A program made the position numbers and the translations under genes. Source: Candidatus Woesearchaeota archaeon (GTDB taxonomy: Archaea > Nanobdellota > Nanobdellia > Woesearchaeales > UBA11576). Taken from it: 64,000 nucleotides of DNA. This document shows positions 43,543 to 52,522 of this stretch, in pieces. The stretch is taken from NCBI GenBank assembly GCA_043819495.1, contig JBDRET010000030.1:5463-69462 (forward strand), in the 5' to 3' direction. The notes beneath the pieces are model-generated. The model was not told the origin of the DNA and did not search any database. It was given only the letters and a program-made list of their open reading frames with translations. Position 1 is the first letter of the stretch. Every line of letters starts with the position of its first letter.

Positions 43543-46500
43543 ATGAAGATGAATAAGACAATAATAATTATGACTTTTATTGCAGTACTGCTCAGTGTTT
43601 TCGTCGCTGCTGATGTAAGCTGGACAAATCATCCGTCCAATTGTGAGGCCAGTTATGCTGCATTATCCTGTGCAGTCATAGGTGAAGAGGTCTGTGGTTA
43701 TAATAGTGGAACTGGCGCTATCCTCTGTAATGATACTGATGTGATGCCGAATCCTCCAGGCAATGTCTACAATTCGATAGCTGATAATTATGGTACTACA
43801 GGAGGATTTGTAATCAACTGTGCTGCATCTCCTGATGGTGGTACGTATAATTGTGATAATGGTGGCGCTTACTGGTGCGAGAAGGATGATACCTGTTGGA
43901 ACTCAAATAACCGTAAGACTAATTGTTTTGCAGGGAAGTGGCAAGATGATGCCGGTGCGTACGCCTGTGGTGTATGCAGAGATAATTATTACAACTGTAC
44001 GGGCGGTGCTTCTTGTACTAACTATACTGGTCAGAGTTGTACTGCACCAGGTGGTCTTCCGGGAACTTTAAGCTGTTCTGCTGGTGGCGGAAGCCCTAAT
44101 TGTAATAATGGTGGCGGTAGTCCGTATACTTGTACTTGTATAGGTTCCCCTTCGCACCATATCACAGGAACAGAATCATTATTCAGTACTGTTAATGCTA
44201 ACCTATGGTCTACTCAGGTAGGTACTGGCTGGATAGCCAATTTCACGAGCACAAACTCTGACAACACATTAGGTATAGACAATGATGCCTGTGTCAGGTT
44301 CGATGATGGTACGACCCAGTGCACTGCAGCATCAGGTGGCGGCTGGAACACAAGTGATGGTAAGGTATATCTGAGCAACACAAGCGCTAAGGTAGGGATA
44401 GGCACGACGAGTCCTGGTGCTGATCTGGATGTTACAGGGACTGTGTCATCTATTTTGGTGAACTCGACTGGTTCGGGTGCTTCAGATTTTGGTACGATAA
44501 GTTTCAGCCATAATGGTGGAAACTTGTGGAGTGTTGGCACGGGAGGTACGGGTACTTCTGCTAATGGTCATTTATTTTTCTATAATAGCCAAGGAGGTGG
44601 AAGCATACCTATGGTTATTAAGAATGGTACAGGCAACATCGGCATCGGTACGTCAAGTCCAAACACGAAGCTCTATGTGTATGATGACATTGACAGTAAT
44701 CTCATACTGACTATAGATAATCCAAATTCTGGAAGTAGTGCCGTATCGACCTTAGCTTTGGTCCAGAATGGTGCAAACGCTCGCATATGGAATATAAATG
44801 GAGGGATTGGTTTTTCAGCAGATGCAGATGACACTGGCAGTTTCATGTTCGAGACCCAGACAGGGAGCAGTTATCATAATCGACTGACCATTGAAAATGG
44901 CGGCAATGTCGGCATCGGTTCTTCAAATCCTGGTTCCATATTGGATGTTGAAGATTATGATGCTGGTTATGGTAATAACATCACACAGTTGACTGTAGGT
45001 GTGCCTGATGGTGTCGGAAGTAATTGGACTTCTCAGATCATGATGGAAGCGACATTCGAGAACTTCACAGTAGATACTGGCAGCAGGAATACTGGATTGA
45101 TCCAGGCAGGGTATGATGGTGGTCCATGGGATACTGCATATCTTAGCCTTGGTGTATCTGGAAATGATTGTCTTACTGATGGAGGTACTACACCTTGCGA
45201 ACGGATGCGCATAGTATCAGGTGGCAACATTGGCATCGGCACGTCAATTCCCGACCAGGACCTTACGATAGAGGATCCGGGTGATGATGTTGCAATTCAT
45301 TTGAAGAAGGTTATACAGATATCGAGTGTGAATTATGGAATTACTGGAGCTAATGATGCTTCAGTAGGTACGCGCAGTTGGGATGGTGTTTCAGGGTCAG
45401 GTGCAGGCTCTATATTTTTTGCAGAACCGGTCCAGACGACTTATTACTTCAAGTCAACTAACTATGGGTTCTCTATACCTTCTGATGCAGTCATAGATGG
45501 CATAGAATTCAGATTATCGAGATTAGGACAGCCTTATTGGGCAGGTGATAGTTATTGTTATGGTGCAGATAATAGTATTAAGATAGTCAAGGGAGGGATA
45601 ATAGGATCTACAGAGAAGAGTACGGGAACTGTATGGAGTTCTCTTGGTGGGGGTAGTGCGACAACCACATATGGTGGCCCTTCTGATCTTCTGGGTGAGA
45701 CCTGGACTCCAGCAGACATAAATTCTGCTAACTTCGGTTTAGTTTACTCAGCGAACATGGGTGGTTCGAATGAAGTATGTGAGTTTTCAGTGACTGTTGA
45801 TTCGATGACAGTCTATTACACAGGTACTGGATGGACTGCAGGTATGGATCATAGTGACTCTAATTCCTTCAAGATATCTTTGTCTGGAGATGTAAGCGAA
45901 AATCCTGCTTTGGTGATAGACACGTCCAAAGATGTGTTCCTGAATCATGATCTTGATGTTGGTAACAATCTTGATGTGGAAAATAATGTGCATATATCTG
46001 GTGACTTGGATGTTGCAGGAGGAGATATAACTACAGCAATACTGCGTTTTGGTACTGGAACCAGTAGTGGCCAGTATGAGTTTGAGGATGGTGGGGTGTG
46101 TGTTGGTAGTGGCGGTTGTACTGCTCCGACTACTGATGGTGATCTTCTTGTAGAAGGAGATGTGACTATAAGTGGTGGTGACTTGTTTGCAACCAGTTTA
46201 AGGTTCGGCAGTGCATCTAGCAGCGGCCTGTATGAGTTTGAGGATGGTGGTGTGTGCATAGGTGATGGAGGATGTACTGCTCCGACCACTGATGGTAACC
46301 TTCTTGTTGCAGGAGATGTGCTGACAACTGATATACTTAAGACAGGAGGTACTAATTTTTTCACAGGAGGGTGCACTGATAAGCAGTATATCACAGGAAT
46401 AAGTTCTGCAGGAGCCATAAGCTGTTCAGATGACAGTGCATCGTCTTCAGTCAATTGCGGAACCACTAATGCAGTAATAAAGCGGACAGGCACTGATACG

Positions 46501-47595
46501 TATGGTTGTTCAGGAGTGATTGACGCATCGGATGCAACAGCAATCACTATAAGTTCTGCTGAATATGTTGGGATAGGTACTACAACACCTGGCGAACCCC
46601 TTGATATAGAATACACTTGCTCAAGCTGTAATGTTGGTGTGGCATCATTAGGTAACTCTGGGACATATGCTGATGGGGATTATTCTCTGGCGGTAGGCTA
46701 TGATTCATATACGTCTATAGCAGGAGATTATGGATTCGCATTAGGATATGGTTCACGTTCTACTTATTGGGGTGCAATAGCGATGGGTGAATACGCAATC
46801 TCGCAAGGCTCTGTTTCCGTAGCCATAGGTGAAAGAGTATTTGCAGGAGGGATGCAGGCAGTTGCAATAGGTAATTATGCTAAAGCATCAGGTCGTGCTT
46901 CGACAGCATTAGGCAACCACGCTAAAGCTGACGTTGATTACAGCGGTGCATGGGGAGGGGACGCATGCGACGCTACTGCAACAAACTGTGACGTTGATTA
47001 CTCGGGTGTCTTCGGAATTTTCGGTGCTCTGTGCGTCTCTACTGCGGCAGGGATTTGCCCTGATGTACCAGATGGAAATATCCGGTATGATACAGGCATA
47101 GCAGCATTCGATCTTGCAGAAGGTTTCCCGACTGATAAGCAGTTGGATAAGGGAGATGTTGTTGTCATTGTAGATAATGTGACTATAGGTCATACAAATA
47201 TTCCTTATGACACAAGAGCTGCAGGAGTGATAAGCACATCACCCAATATAGCATTCAATTTCGACGAAGCAGATGGTGACTTCAGTTCCTTGGGCGGCAT
47301 TGAGAATTACACGATGCCACTAGACCGAGCACCTCTATCCCTTGCAGGCAGAGTCCCTGTCAAAGTTACTGACGAGAACGGTCCGATAATGTTAGGTGAC
47401 TCTTTGACGACATCATCAAAGCCAGGATATGCTATGAAGTGGTCACTTGTTGATCTTGACGCTGCATCAGACATAAATGAACTTAAGCAGATGATGAAGG
47501 AGAATGACCGCAGGAGGAATGCAATCATCGGCAAGGCTCTTGAAGAGCACAGTTCAGGAGATGGGCTGATAATGATGCTTACAGCATCACGTTAA
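43543..47595 (+). CDS. large secreted fibre-like protein (about 1350 aa), paralogous N-domain, multiple VGIGT..P motifs, YadA-head-like repeats, distinct C-terminal domain
   Basis: Same MKMNKT start and the same upstream TGAGGTG SD as the previous gene, so the ATG at 43543 is preferred over the track's GTG at 43534. N[IV]GIG[TS]S.P...L.V occurs five times. Repeats LAVGYDSYTS, FALGYGSRST, AIAMGEYAISQGSVSVAIGERVFA, AVAIGNYAKASG and STALGNHAKA span nt ~46678-46932. Confidence 0.85.
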   Translation: MKMNKTIIIMTFIAVLLSVFVAADVSWTNHPSNCEASYAALSCAVIGEEVCGYNSGTGAILCNDTDVMPNPPGNVYNSIADNYGTTGGFVINCAASPDGGTYNCDNGGAYWCEKDDTCWNSNNRKTNCFAGKWQDDAGAYACGVCRDNYYNCTGGASCTNYTGQSCTAPGGLPGTLSCSAGGGSPNCNNGGGSPYTCTCIGSPSHHITGTESLFSTVNANLWSTQVGTGWIANFTSTNSDNTLGIDNDACVRFDDGTTQCTAASGGGWNTSDGKVYLSNTSAKVGIGTTSPGADLDVTGTVSSILVNSTGSGASDFGTISFSHNGGNLWSVGTGGTGTSANGHLFFYNSQGGGSIPMVIKNGTGNIGIGTSSPNTKLYVYDDIDSNLILTIDNPNSGSSAVSTLALVQNGANARIWNINGGIGFSADADDTGSFMFETQTGSSYHNRLTIENGGNVGIGSSNPGSILDVEDYDAGYGNNITQLTVGVPDGVGSNWTSQIMMEATFENFTVDTGSRNTGLIQAGYDGGPWDTAYLSLGVSGNDCLTDGGTTPCERMRIVSGGNIGIGTSIPDQDLTIEDPGDDVAIHLKKVIQISSVNYGITGANDASVGTRSWDGVSGSGAGSIFFAEPVQTTYYFKSTNYGFSIPSDAVIDGIEFRLSRLGQPYWAGDSYCYGADNSIKIVKGGIIGSTEKSTGTVWSSLGGGSATTTYGGPSDLLGETWTPADINSANFGLVYSANMGGSNEVCEFSVTVDSMTVYYTGTGWTAGMDHSDSNSFKISLSGDVSENPALVIDTSKDVFLNHDLDVGNNLDVENNVHISGDLDVAGGDITTAILRFGTGTSSGQYEFEDGGVCVGSGGCTAPTTDGDLLVEGDVTISGGDLFATSLRFGSASSSGLYEFEDGGVCIGDGGCTAPTTDGNLLVAGDVLTTDILKTGGTNFFTGGCTDKQYITGISSAGAISCSDDSASSSVNCGTTNAVIKRTGTDTYGCSGVIDASDATAITISSAEYVGIGTTTPGEPLDIEYTCSSCNVGVASLGNSGTYADGDYSLAVGYDSYTSIAGDYGFALGYGSRSTYWGAIAMGEYAISQGSVSVAIGERVFAGGMQAVAIGNYAKASGRASTALGNHAKADVDYSGAWGGDACDATATNCDVDYSGVFGIFGALCVSTAAGICPDVPDGNIRYDTGIAAFDLAEGFPTDKQLDKGDVVVIVDNVTIGHTNIPYDTRAAGVISTSPNIAFNFDEADGDFSSLGGIENYTMPLDRAPLSLAGRVPVKVTDENGPIMLGDSLTTSSKPGYAMKWSLVDLDAASDINELKQMMKENDRRRNAIIGKALEEHSSGDGLIMMLTASR

Positions 47596-47656
47596 GTAGG
47601 ACTGACAAATTAGGATAAAAAAGAGGTGAACATTCATAACACATAGACGGAGCATC

Positions 47657-50350
47657 TTGATATCTGTACTTGTGTTCATCCTAGCGTCAGCAGCTCTCGC
47701 AAGCCCGCAGACAACAAGCAACTTCAACTGCTCTATCTATGAGCGCATAGGAATACCTGCAGATTTCACCCCTCTTGTCAACTTCTTTTATGGGAATGAT
47801 TCCCACGCAGAATATGGAAATGAATCTAATTATGATTGGACTGTTGCATGCAAGTCTAACATCACAGAGATAGGTTACGGTTGTACTGAAACAGCAGTGA
47901 GTGTCCTCCAACTCTACAACTACACTGATGCGCACGTATCTGTGGATGATTACTATAACAGGAATGTCTGTTTCAATATGACTAACGACTCGGTCGTCTG
48001 GCATTATAATATCTCAGATACAGGCATGACTCCCGCTGGTTACGAATGCGCATTCTCAATATTCCAGATGGAAGATGCCCACGTGTATGATTGTGATAAC
48101 ATAAACTCAAGCTATAATGTCAACCTGCGTATAACTGAAAAGCCGCTGGGTACCATGACTATTGTCGGGCCTAACGGTACGATACTCACAGCTACGCAGA
48201 ATGTATTCCTGAATCTGACTCAGGATGCGAAATATGGCCTGGACAAGTGCCGTTGGGCGAATGATGACGCGGCGGACCTGGTTCTGGCGCCATGGGAGAA
48301 CTGCACAAATTACAAGCCATGGATACTCAGTGATGGAGAAGGTAACAAGACAGTGTATTATCAGATCATCGACGTGCTCGGAGTTCTATCAAATCCTATA
48401 AACGCATCGATAGACTTCTCTTATACCCAGGACTACACCGCTCCGACATCACCGATAGTATATGATGGTCTTGAAGGTGATGACATCGACTGGTGGAACA
48501 GTAACACCACCCTGCACGCACATTGGTTCAATGCGACAGATGATATCTCTGTGATATACTACAGATACCGCGTGCTTGAGAACGGTTCGTGCTACGGCGA
48601 TTGCAATTGGACAGAAGCAGGACTCAACACTTCAGTGACAGTCACAGGACTTTCTCTTAACGAGAGCTGGTGGTACTCTTTTGAGGTCCAGCCATCCAAT
48701 GCTTTCGGTATAGATGGAGCCCCTTCACAATCTAATGGGACTATGATAGATATTACAGCACCAGCAATACCTTCAGTAAACAGCACAAGCCATCCTCAAG
48801 AGAATCTATCTTACCCTGTACGGGATGCAGAGCTCAACTGGACAGCAGAAGACATCATGATGAATGGCAACATGAGCGGTATTGCAGGATACTCGTTCAT
48901 GCTTGACACAAGTCCAGGTACTGCACCAGATGATATATTGGATGAGAGGTATCTTGAAACCATACTATCAGGAAGTCAAGGCACATCCAGCCAATTGTTG
49001 CGGGCAGACAATGAGACCTCATCACCTCATACTTATGCAGTTTTCAAACAGATACATACCAACCTTACAGAGAATGATTCTCTGACGATCACAGCATATC
49101 TTGCTGAACTCACATCAGATTATGATGATCCTATGGGTGTCAAGGTATATCTGATAAAGACCGCTCCAGGAGCAGGTATCTTGACATTCTCACAGGAAGA
49201 TAAAGCGATATCTGACATATCAAACACAAGCCAGGATATCATATACGCAGATACTATGGATCTTGCAAGAGCATACACTTTCAGTGTGACAGTCAATGAG
49301 ACTGTCGATATCAATTCCAATGATATATATGTCGTCGTGAGCGGTGACACCTCTGATGATGATAACAGGAACAACCTCTCGATTGCAGGTACTGCTGCTT
49401 CTGCAGGTGCTACTTCAGTATACTTGTGTGATGACACCAACTCATGTTCTAATGTCACAAGCACTGCAGATTATACAATTAAAGTAGAGCGCTCAGATGC
49501 AGGTGACGGATGGTCTACCATGTACAAAGGCCTCTCTGATGGTGTGTACTATTTCCATGTCAAGGCAAAGGACATCGCAGGCAACTGGGGAGAGCCGACG
49601 CATTACAGGATTGCTGTCGCTGCAGGTGGTGTTAGCGTATCGATAGTGCATCCTGAGAATGGAGAACATCTCAAGATGGGACAAGGATCGTTGAACACGA
49701 GTGTGGAAGTCGTGGTCTCAGGGAATGCTACAGTCCGTGTGACTGTCATCCATCCGGATAATAGTGTCTACACGACTGACGATCAGGTCTTCAGCACAAG
49801 ATATGAATTCAGTGATGTTCTCCTAGAGCTGGGCAGGAATGAGATCTACGCTACAGCGAACACATCGTCAGGTGTAGTGACTGTCTCTTCAAGCGTCTAC
49901 GTCACGGTATCGCGCGGAATCATACCTGAGAAGAACGCGACATTGATGATCGCTTATGGTGCATGTGCCCCTTCATCCAACCCATACCTGTGCACTGCAG
50001 CAGAAGGTGATTCATTGGTCGGCTTTGCAGCAGAATACCCTGATGATGTAGGTACAGGATACCTTTCAGCAAACACCTCAGGAAGGACAATCAAGATATT
50101 CATGTCCAAGGTGTTCAATGTTGATGCTGTTGCTGATAAGTTTGATGATGATGAGTTCCTTGATGAGGAGAACCCCTCTTTCGGTTATCCTGAGGAATCA
50201 ACAAGGTTTGTCATGCAGAACCAGTTGAGGTATGATGACATATTCATATCTGGTGATAAGATATTTGCTCCAGGCAAGTATGAGCTTTACATAATACATA
50301 ATGGTGTGACTCCTGATGGGAGGGTTAACCTTTCAATAGAGATACGATGA
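47657..50350 (+). CDS. secreted paralogue of the giant protein's C-terminal module (copy 3) with extra ~160-aa N-domain
   Basis: Colinear with copies 1 and 2 from nt ~48150. The start codon is uncertain: the track uses the TTG at 47657, but the reading frame is open from 47630 and a GAGGTG SD sits at 47623-47628. Confidence 0.8.
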   Translation: MISVLVFILASAALASPQTTSNFNCSIYERIGIPADFTPLVNFFYGNDSHAEYGNESNYDWTVACKSNITEIGYGCTETAVSVLQLYNYTDAHVSVDDYYNRNVCFNMTNDSVVWHYNISDTGMTPAGYECAFSIFQMEDAHVYDCDNINSSYNVNLRITEKPLGTMTIVGPNGTILTATQNVFLNLTQDAKYGLDKCRWANDDAADLVLAPWENCTNYKPWILSDGEGNKTVYYQIIDVLGVLSNPINASIDFSYTQDYTAPTSPIVYDGLEGDDIDWWNSNTTLHAHWFNATDDISVIYYRYRVLENGSCYGDCNWTEAGLNTSVTVTGLSLNESWWYSFEVQPSNAFGIDGAPSQSNGTMIDITAPAIPSVNSTSHPQENLSYPVRDAELNWTAEDIMMNGNMSGIAGYSFMLDTSPGTAPDDILDERYLETILSGSQGTSSQLLRADNETSSPHTYAVFKQIHTNLTENDSLTITAYLAELTSDYDDPMGVKVYLIKTAPGAGILTFSQEDKAISDISNTSQDIIYADTMDLARAYTFSVTVNETVDINSNDIYVVVSGDTSDDDNRNNLSIAGTAASAGATSVYLCDDTNSCSNVTSTADYTIKVERSDAGDGWSTMYKGLSDGVYYFHVKAKDIAGNWGEPTHYRIAVAAGGVSVSIVHPENGEHLKMGQGSLNTSVEVVVSGNATVRVTVIHPDNSVYTTDDQVFSTRYEFSDVLLELGRNEIYATANTSSGVVTVSSSVYVTVSRGIIPEKNATLMIAYGACAPSSNPYLCTAAEGDSLVGFAAEYPDDVGTGYLSANTSGRTIKIFMSKVFNVDAVADKFDDDEFLDEENPSFGYPEESTRFVMQNQLRYDDIFISGDKIFAPGKYELYIIHNGVTPDGRVNLSIEIR

Positions 50351-50360
50351 GGTCAAGTGC

Positions 50361-50918
50361 ATGATAAGAACAAAGGGCATCTTCAATATGCTGCTCAATA
50401 ACCGGAAGGCGCAGTTCTATATATTTACAGCAGTCCTGCTTATAGCATACTCGACCCTTCTGCTGCAGTCTTTTGATGTGACCCCTCAGCCATCCAAGAA
50501 TTTCAAGAGGGTATATGATAATTTCATATTTGAGAGTGGTGCTGCAGTCAATAATGCCTTGTTTGAACAGGTAGATGTGGTTGATGAGTATGACCGTTTC
50601 CTTGACAGTTTTGTCTCCTACTCAAAGATGAAGAAGCTGAATATAGAGATATTTTCCATATTGGAGCTTGATGACAGGGTGTATCTGTCAAATAAGATGA
50701 GAAACGCAGTGACCATCCTTAATATTGGTCAGACAATCGGTCCTGGGACTGATGCCTATTTCCTGCGCTCAAACCTCTCAGAACTGGTCTTAGAGGTCAG
50801 AGATGACGTTTTTCATGAGAACATTTATAAATTAGATATCTCTAATGAAGGGACTGACACAAAAGCGGTGCTTAGGGTCAGTCAAGGCACTAAACGCGAG
50901 ATATTTGTGAAAGAATAG
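50361..50918 (+). CDS. pilin-like protein (class III-type signal)
   Basis: ...MLLNNRKA|QFYIFTAVLLIAYSTLLL. The real start may be the ATG at 50388. Confidence 0.6.
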   Translation: MIRTKGIFNMLLNNRKAQFYIFTAVLLIAYSTLLLQSFDVTPQPSKNFKRVYDNFIFESGAAVNNALFEQVDVVDEYDRFLDSFVSYSKMKKLNIEIFSILELDDRVYLSNKMRNAVTILNIGQTIGPGTDAYFLRSNLSELVLEVRDDVFHENIYKLDISNEGTDTKAVLRVSQGTKREIFVKE

Positions 50919-50997
50919 CAGTGAAATGATGATTGTTTTATTCAGTGGTTTTAAGCAGTAATCATTGATGATTTGCAGTATATGATCAAAAAAAAAG

Positions 50998-51492
50998 GTG
51001 AACAAGATATCCGAAAAGAGTTTTACAAGATTGCTGGTGCGTGATCGAAGAGCAGTATCTGCCTGGATATCTTGGGTACTTCTGGTTTCATTTGCACTAG
51101 TCCTAAGTGCATTCATGTACAATTTTATGGTCTCTTATACAGAGGACTCGACAGAGGATATGAAACAAGTCGTGTATAACACGGATGAGTGTCGTATGGT
51201 GTCTATAAACCTTGATTCGGCCTGTATGGCATCACAAGTTTTAAATATCACGCTGCAAAATAGGAACTATATAAGGATAACAGGAATGGACTTCAGGTTT
51301 TATAACGGCCGGATTCCATTACATACGAATCAGACCAATATAACCATGAATCCTAACAGGATAAAATATATTGAGTTGGATACTGGTCTGACTACAGTGA
51401 CAAGGGTAGAGATCATACCTCATGTCTATAAGGACAATGTAGATGTGATATGTGGTGACAAGAAGATAGAATCAGAGGTGAGCATCTGCTGA
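50998..51492 (+). CDS. pilin-like protein (class III-type signal)
   Basis: ...LLVRDRRA|VSAWISWVLLVSFALVLSAF. GTG/TTG start with uncertain position. Confidence 0.6.
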   Translation: MNKISEKSFTRLLVRDRRAVSAWISWVLLVSFALVLSAFMYNFMVSYTEDSTEDMKQVVYNTDECRMVSINLDSACMASQVLNITLQNRNYIRITGMDFRFYNGRIPLHTNQTNITMNPNRIKYIELDTGLTTVTRVEIIPHVYKDNVDVICGDKKIESEVSIC

Positions 51493-51600
51493 AGCTGGAT
51501 GCCTGCTATATCGGATCCATATTCAGCATATTCATGATCATTTTTGTAATAAATAATCATTTTCATGATTTAAAAATTATTTAAAAAAGGAGGTAATAAA

Positions 51601-51888
51601 ATGGCCGCAAAAGGTTTGACTAAAGAGGTCATTGACTTAGAGGTGGAGAAATCCCGCCTCAACAGGGAAAAGTCGATGCTTGTCATGAACAAGAGCCTTA
51701 TTCTCTACTTCGCTTTCATGTTCGTGGCGGTTCTTGGTTTCATCAATGGATATATCAGCAGGAATCTGCTGAATGTGCTGATAGTCATGGGTTTATGCGT
51801 TCTCATAATAGGTACCGTGCCGTATGTAAGGACGATGCAATCTGAAGAGAAACGGCTGAATGATCTGCTTCAGCAGTTGAGGAAGTGA
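51601..51888 (+). CDS. small two-TM membrane protein
   Basis: 95 aa with a strong SD (AGGAGGT) 6 nt upstream. Two hydrophobic helices are flanked by charged coiled segments. Confidence 0.6.
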   Translation: MAAKGLTKEVIDLEVEKSRLNREKSMLVMNKSLILYFAFMFVAVLGFINGYISRNLLNVLIVMGLCVLIIGTVPYVRTMQSEEKRLNDLLQQLRK

Positions 51889-51895
51889 GGTGGCA

Positions 51896-52471
51896 ATGAT
51901 GATCACAAAAAACAAACAAGGGAACAGAATGAGACTTTTCAACTCAAGGAAAGCAGTATCTCCTCTCATCGCTACAGTCCTTCTCATAGCTTTTGCGGTC
52001 GCTTTGGGTGCTGTTGTGATGAATTGGGGCAGGGGATATGTTGAAGACACGGCAAATATCGCCCGTGAGCGTTCAGACACTGAAGTGAGATGCGCATCAG
52101 AAGTTGATGTCAATATAGTTGAGATCGACAGTGTACCTCAGATATGCTATAATTCGACAGGTGGTCCTGGCAGTAATTACACCATAGAGTTCATTGTAGA
52201 GAATAAGAAGTCAAGGACTGTCGAGAAACTTCAGGCAAGGCTTATAGGTGATAAGACTCGAGTCCCTTTGACTATCGATATGGGAGACAACTCTAACATG
52301 TCTACAAACGAGGCCAGATTCCTGAACTTCAGTTATCTTGAGTCAGTATATGGCAATCCACAGCAGGTTCAGCTCACGCCGTACATAAAAGTGGGTGCTG
52401 TTGAGGTCGGCTGTCCTTCAAGTTCAGAGATAGTGACCACGGTAAAGCCTTGCTCAGAAGTGTGGGTATAA
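51896..52471 (+). CDS. archaeal type IV pilin, paralogue 5 (same 4-Cys family as 5222-7760)
   Basis: ...RLFNSRKA|VSPLIATVLLIAFAVALGAVV, with the Cys pattern VRC...QIC...GC...PC. SD GAGGTG precedes the ATG at 51896 or 51899. Confidence 0.8.
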   Translation: MMITKNKQGNRMRLFNSRKAVSPLIATVLLIAFAVALGAVVMNWGRGYVEDTANIARERSDTEVRCASEVDVNIVEIDSVPQICYNSTGGPGSNYTIEFIVENKKSRTVEKLQARLIGDKTRVPLTIDMGDNSNMSTNEARFLNFSYLESVYGNPQQVQLTPYIKVGAVEVGCPSSSEIVTTVKPCSEVWV

Positions 52472-52522
52472 ACTAATCTTTTTGTTTCAATATTTTTATT
52501 TTTCATATTTTGGTAGGTCAAT

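Noticed and set aside
23817-46616. Numerous antisense or alternative-frame track ORFs inside the giant genes (for example 23817..24347, 26162..26563, 34149..34598, 35651..36058, 45945..46616, 9743..10255, 15761..16345, 19976..20344)
   Set aside because: They overlap long, motif-rich frames on the other strand or frame, have low-complexity or biased composition, and show no recognisable motifs.
40869-47595. Fibre-like genes as part of an integrated virus or tailed prophage
   Set aside because: No capsid, portal, terminase, integrase, att-like direct repeats or tRNA target are visible in the 64-kb window. The genes are embedded co-directionally in the adhesin/pilus operon structure.
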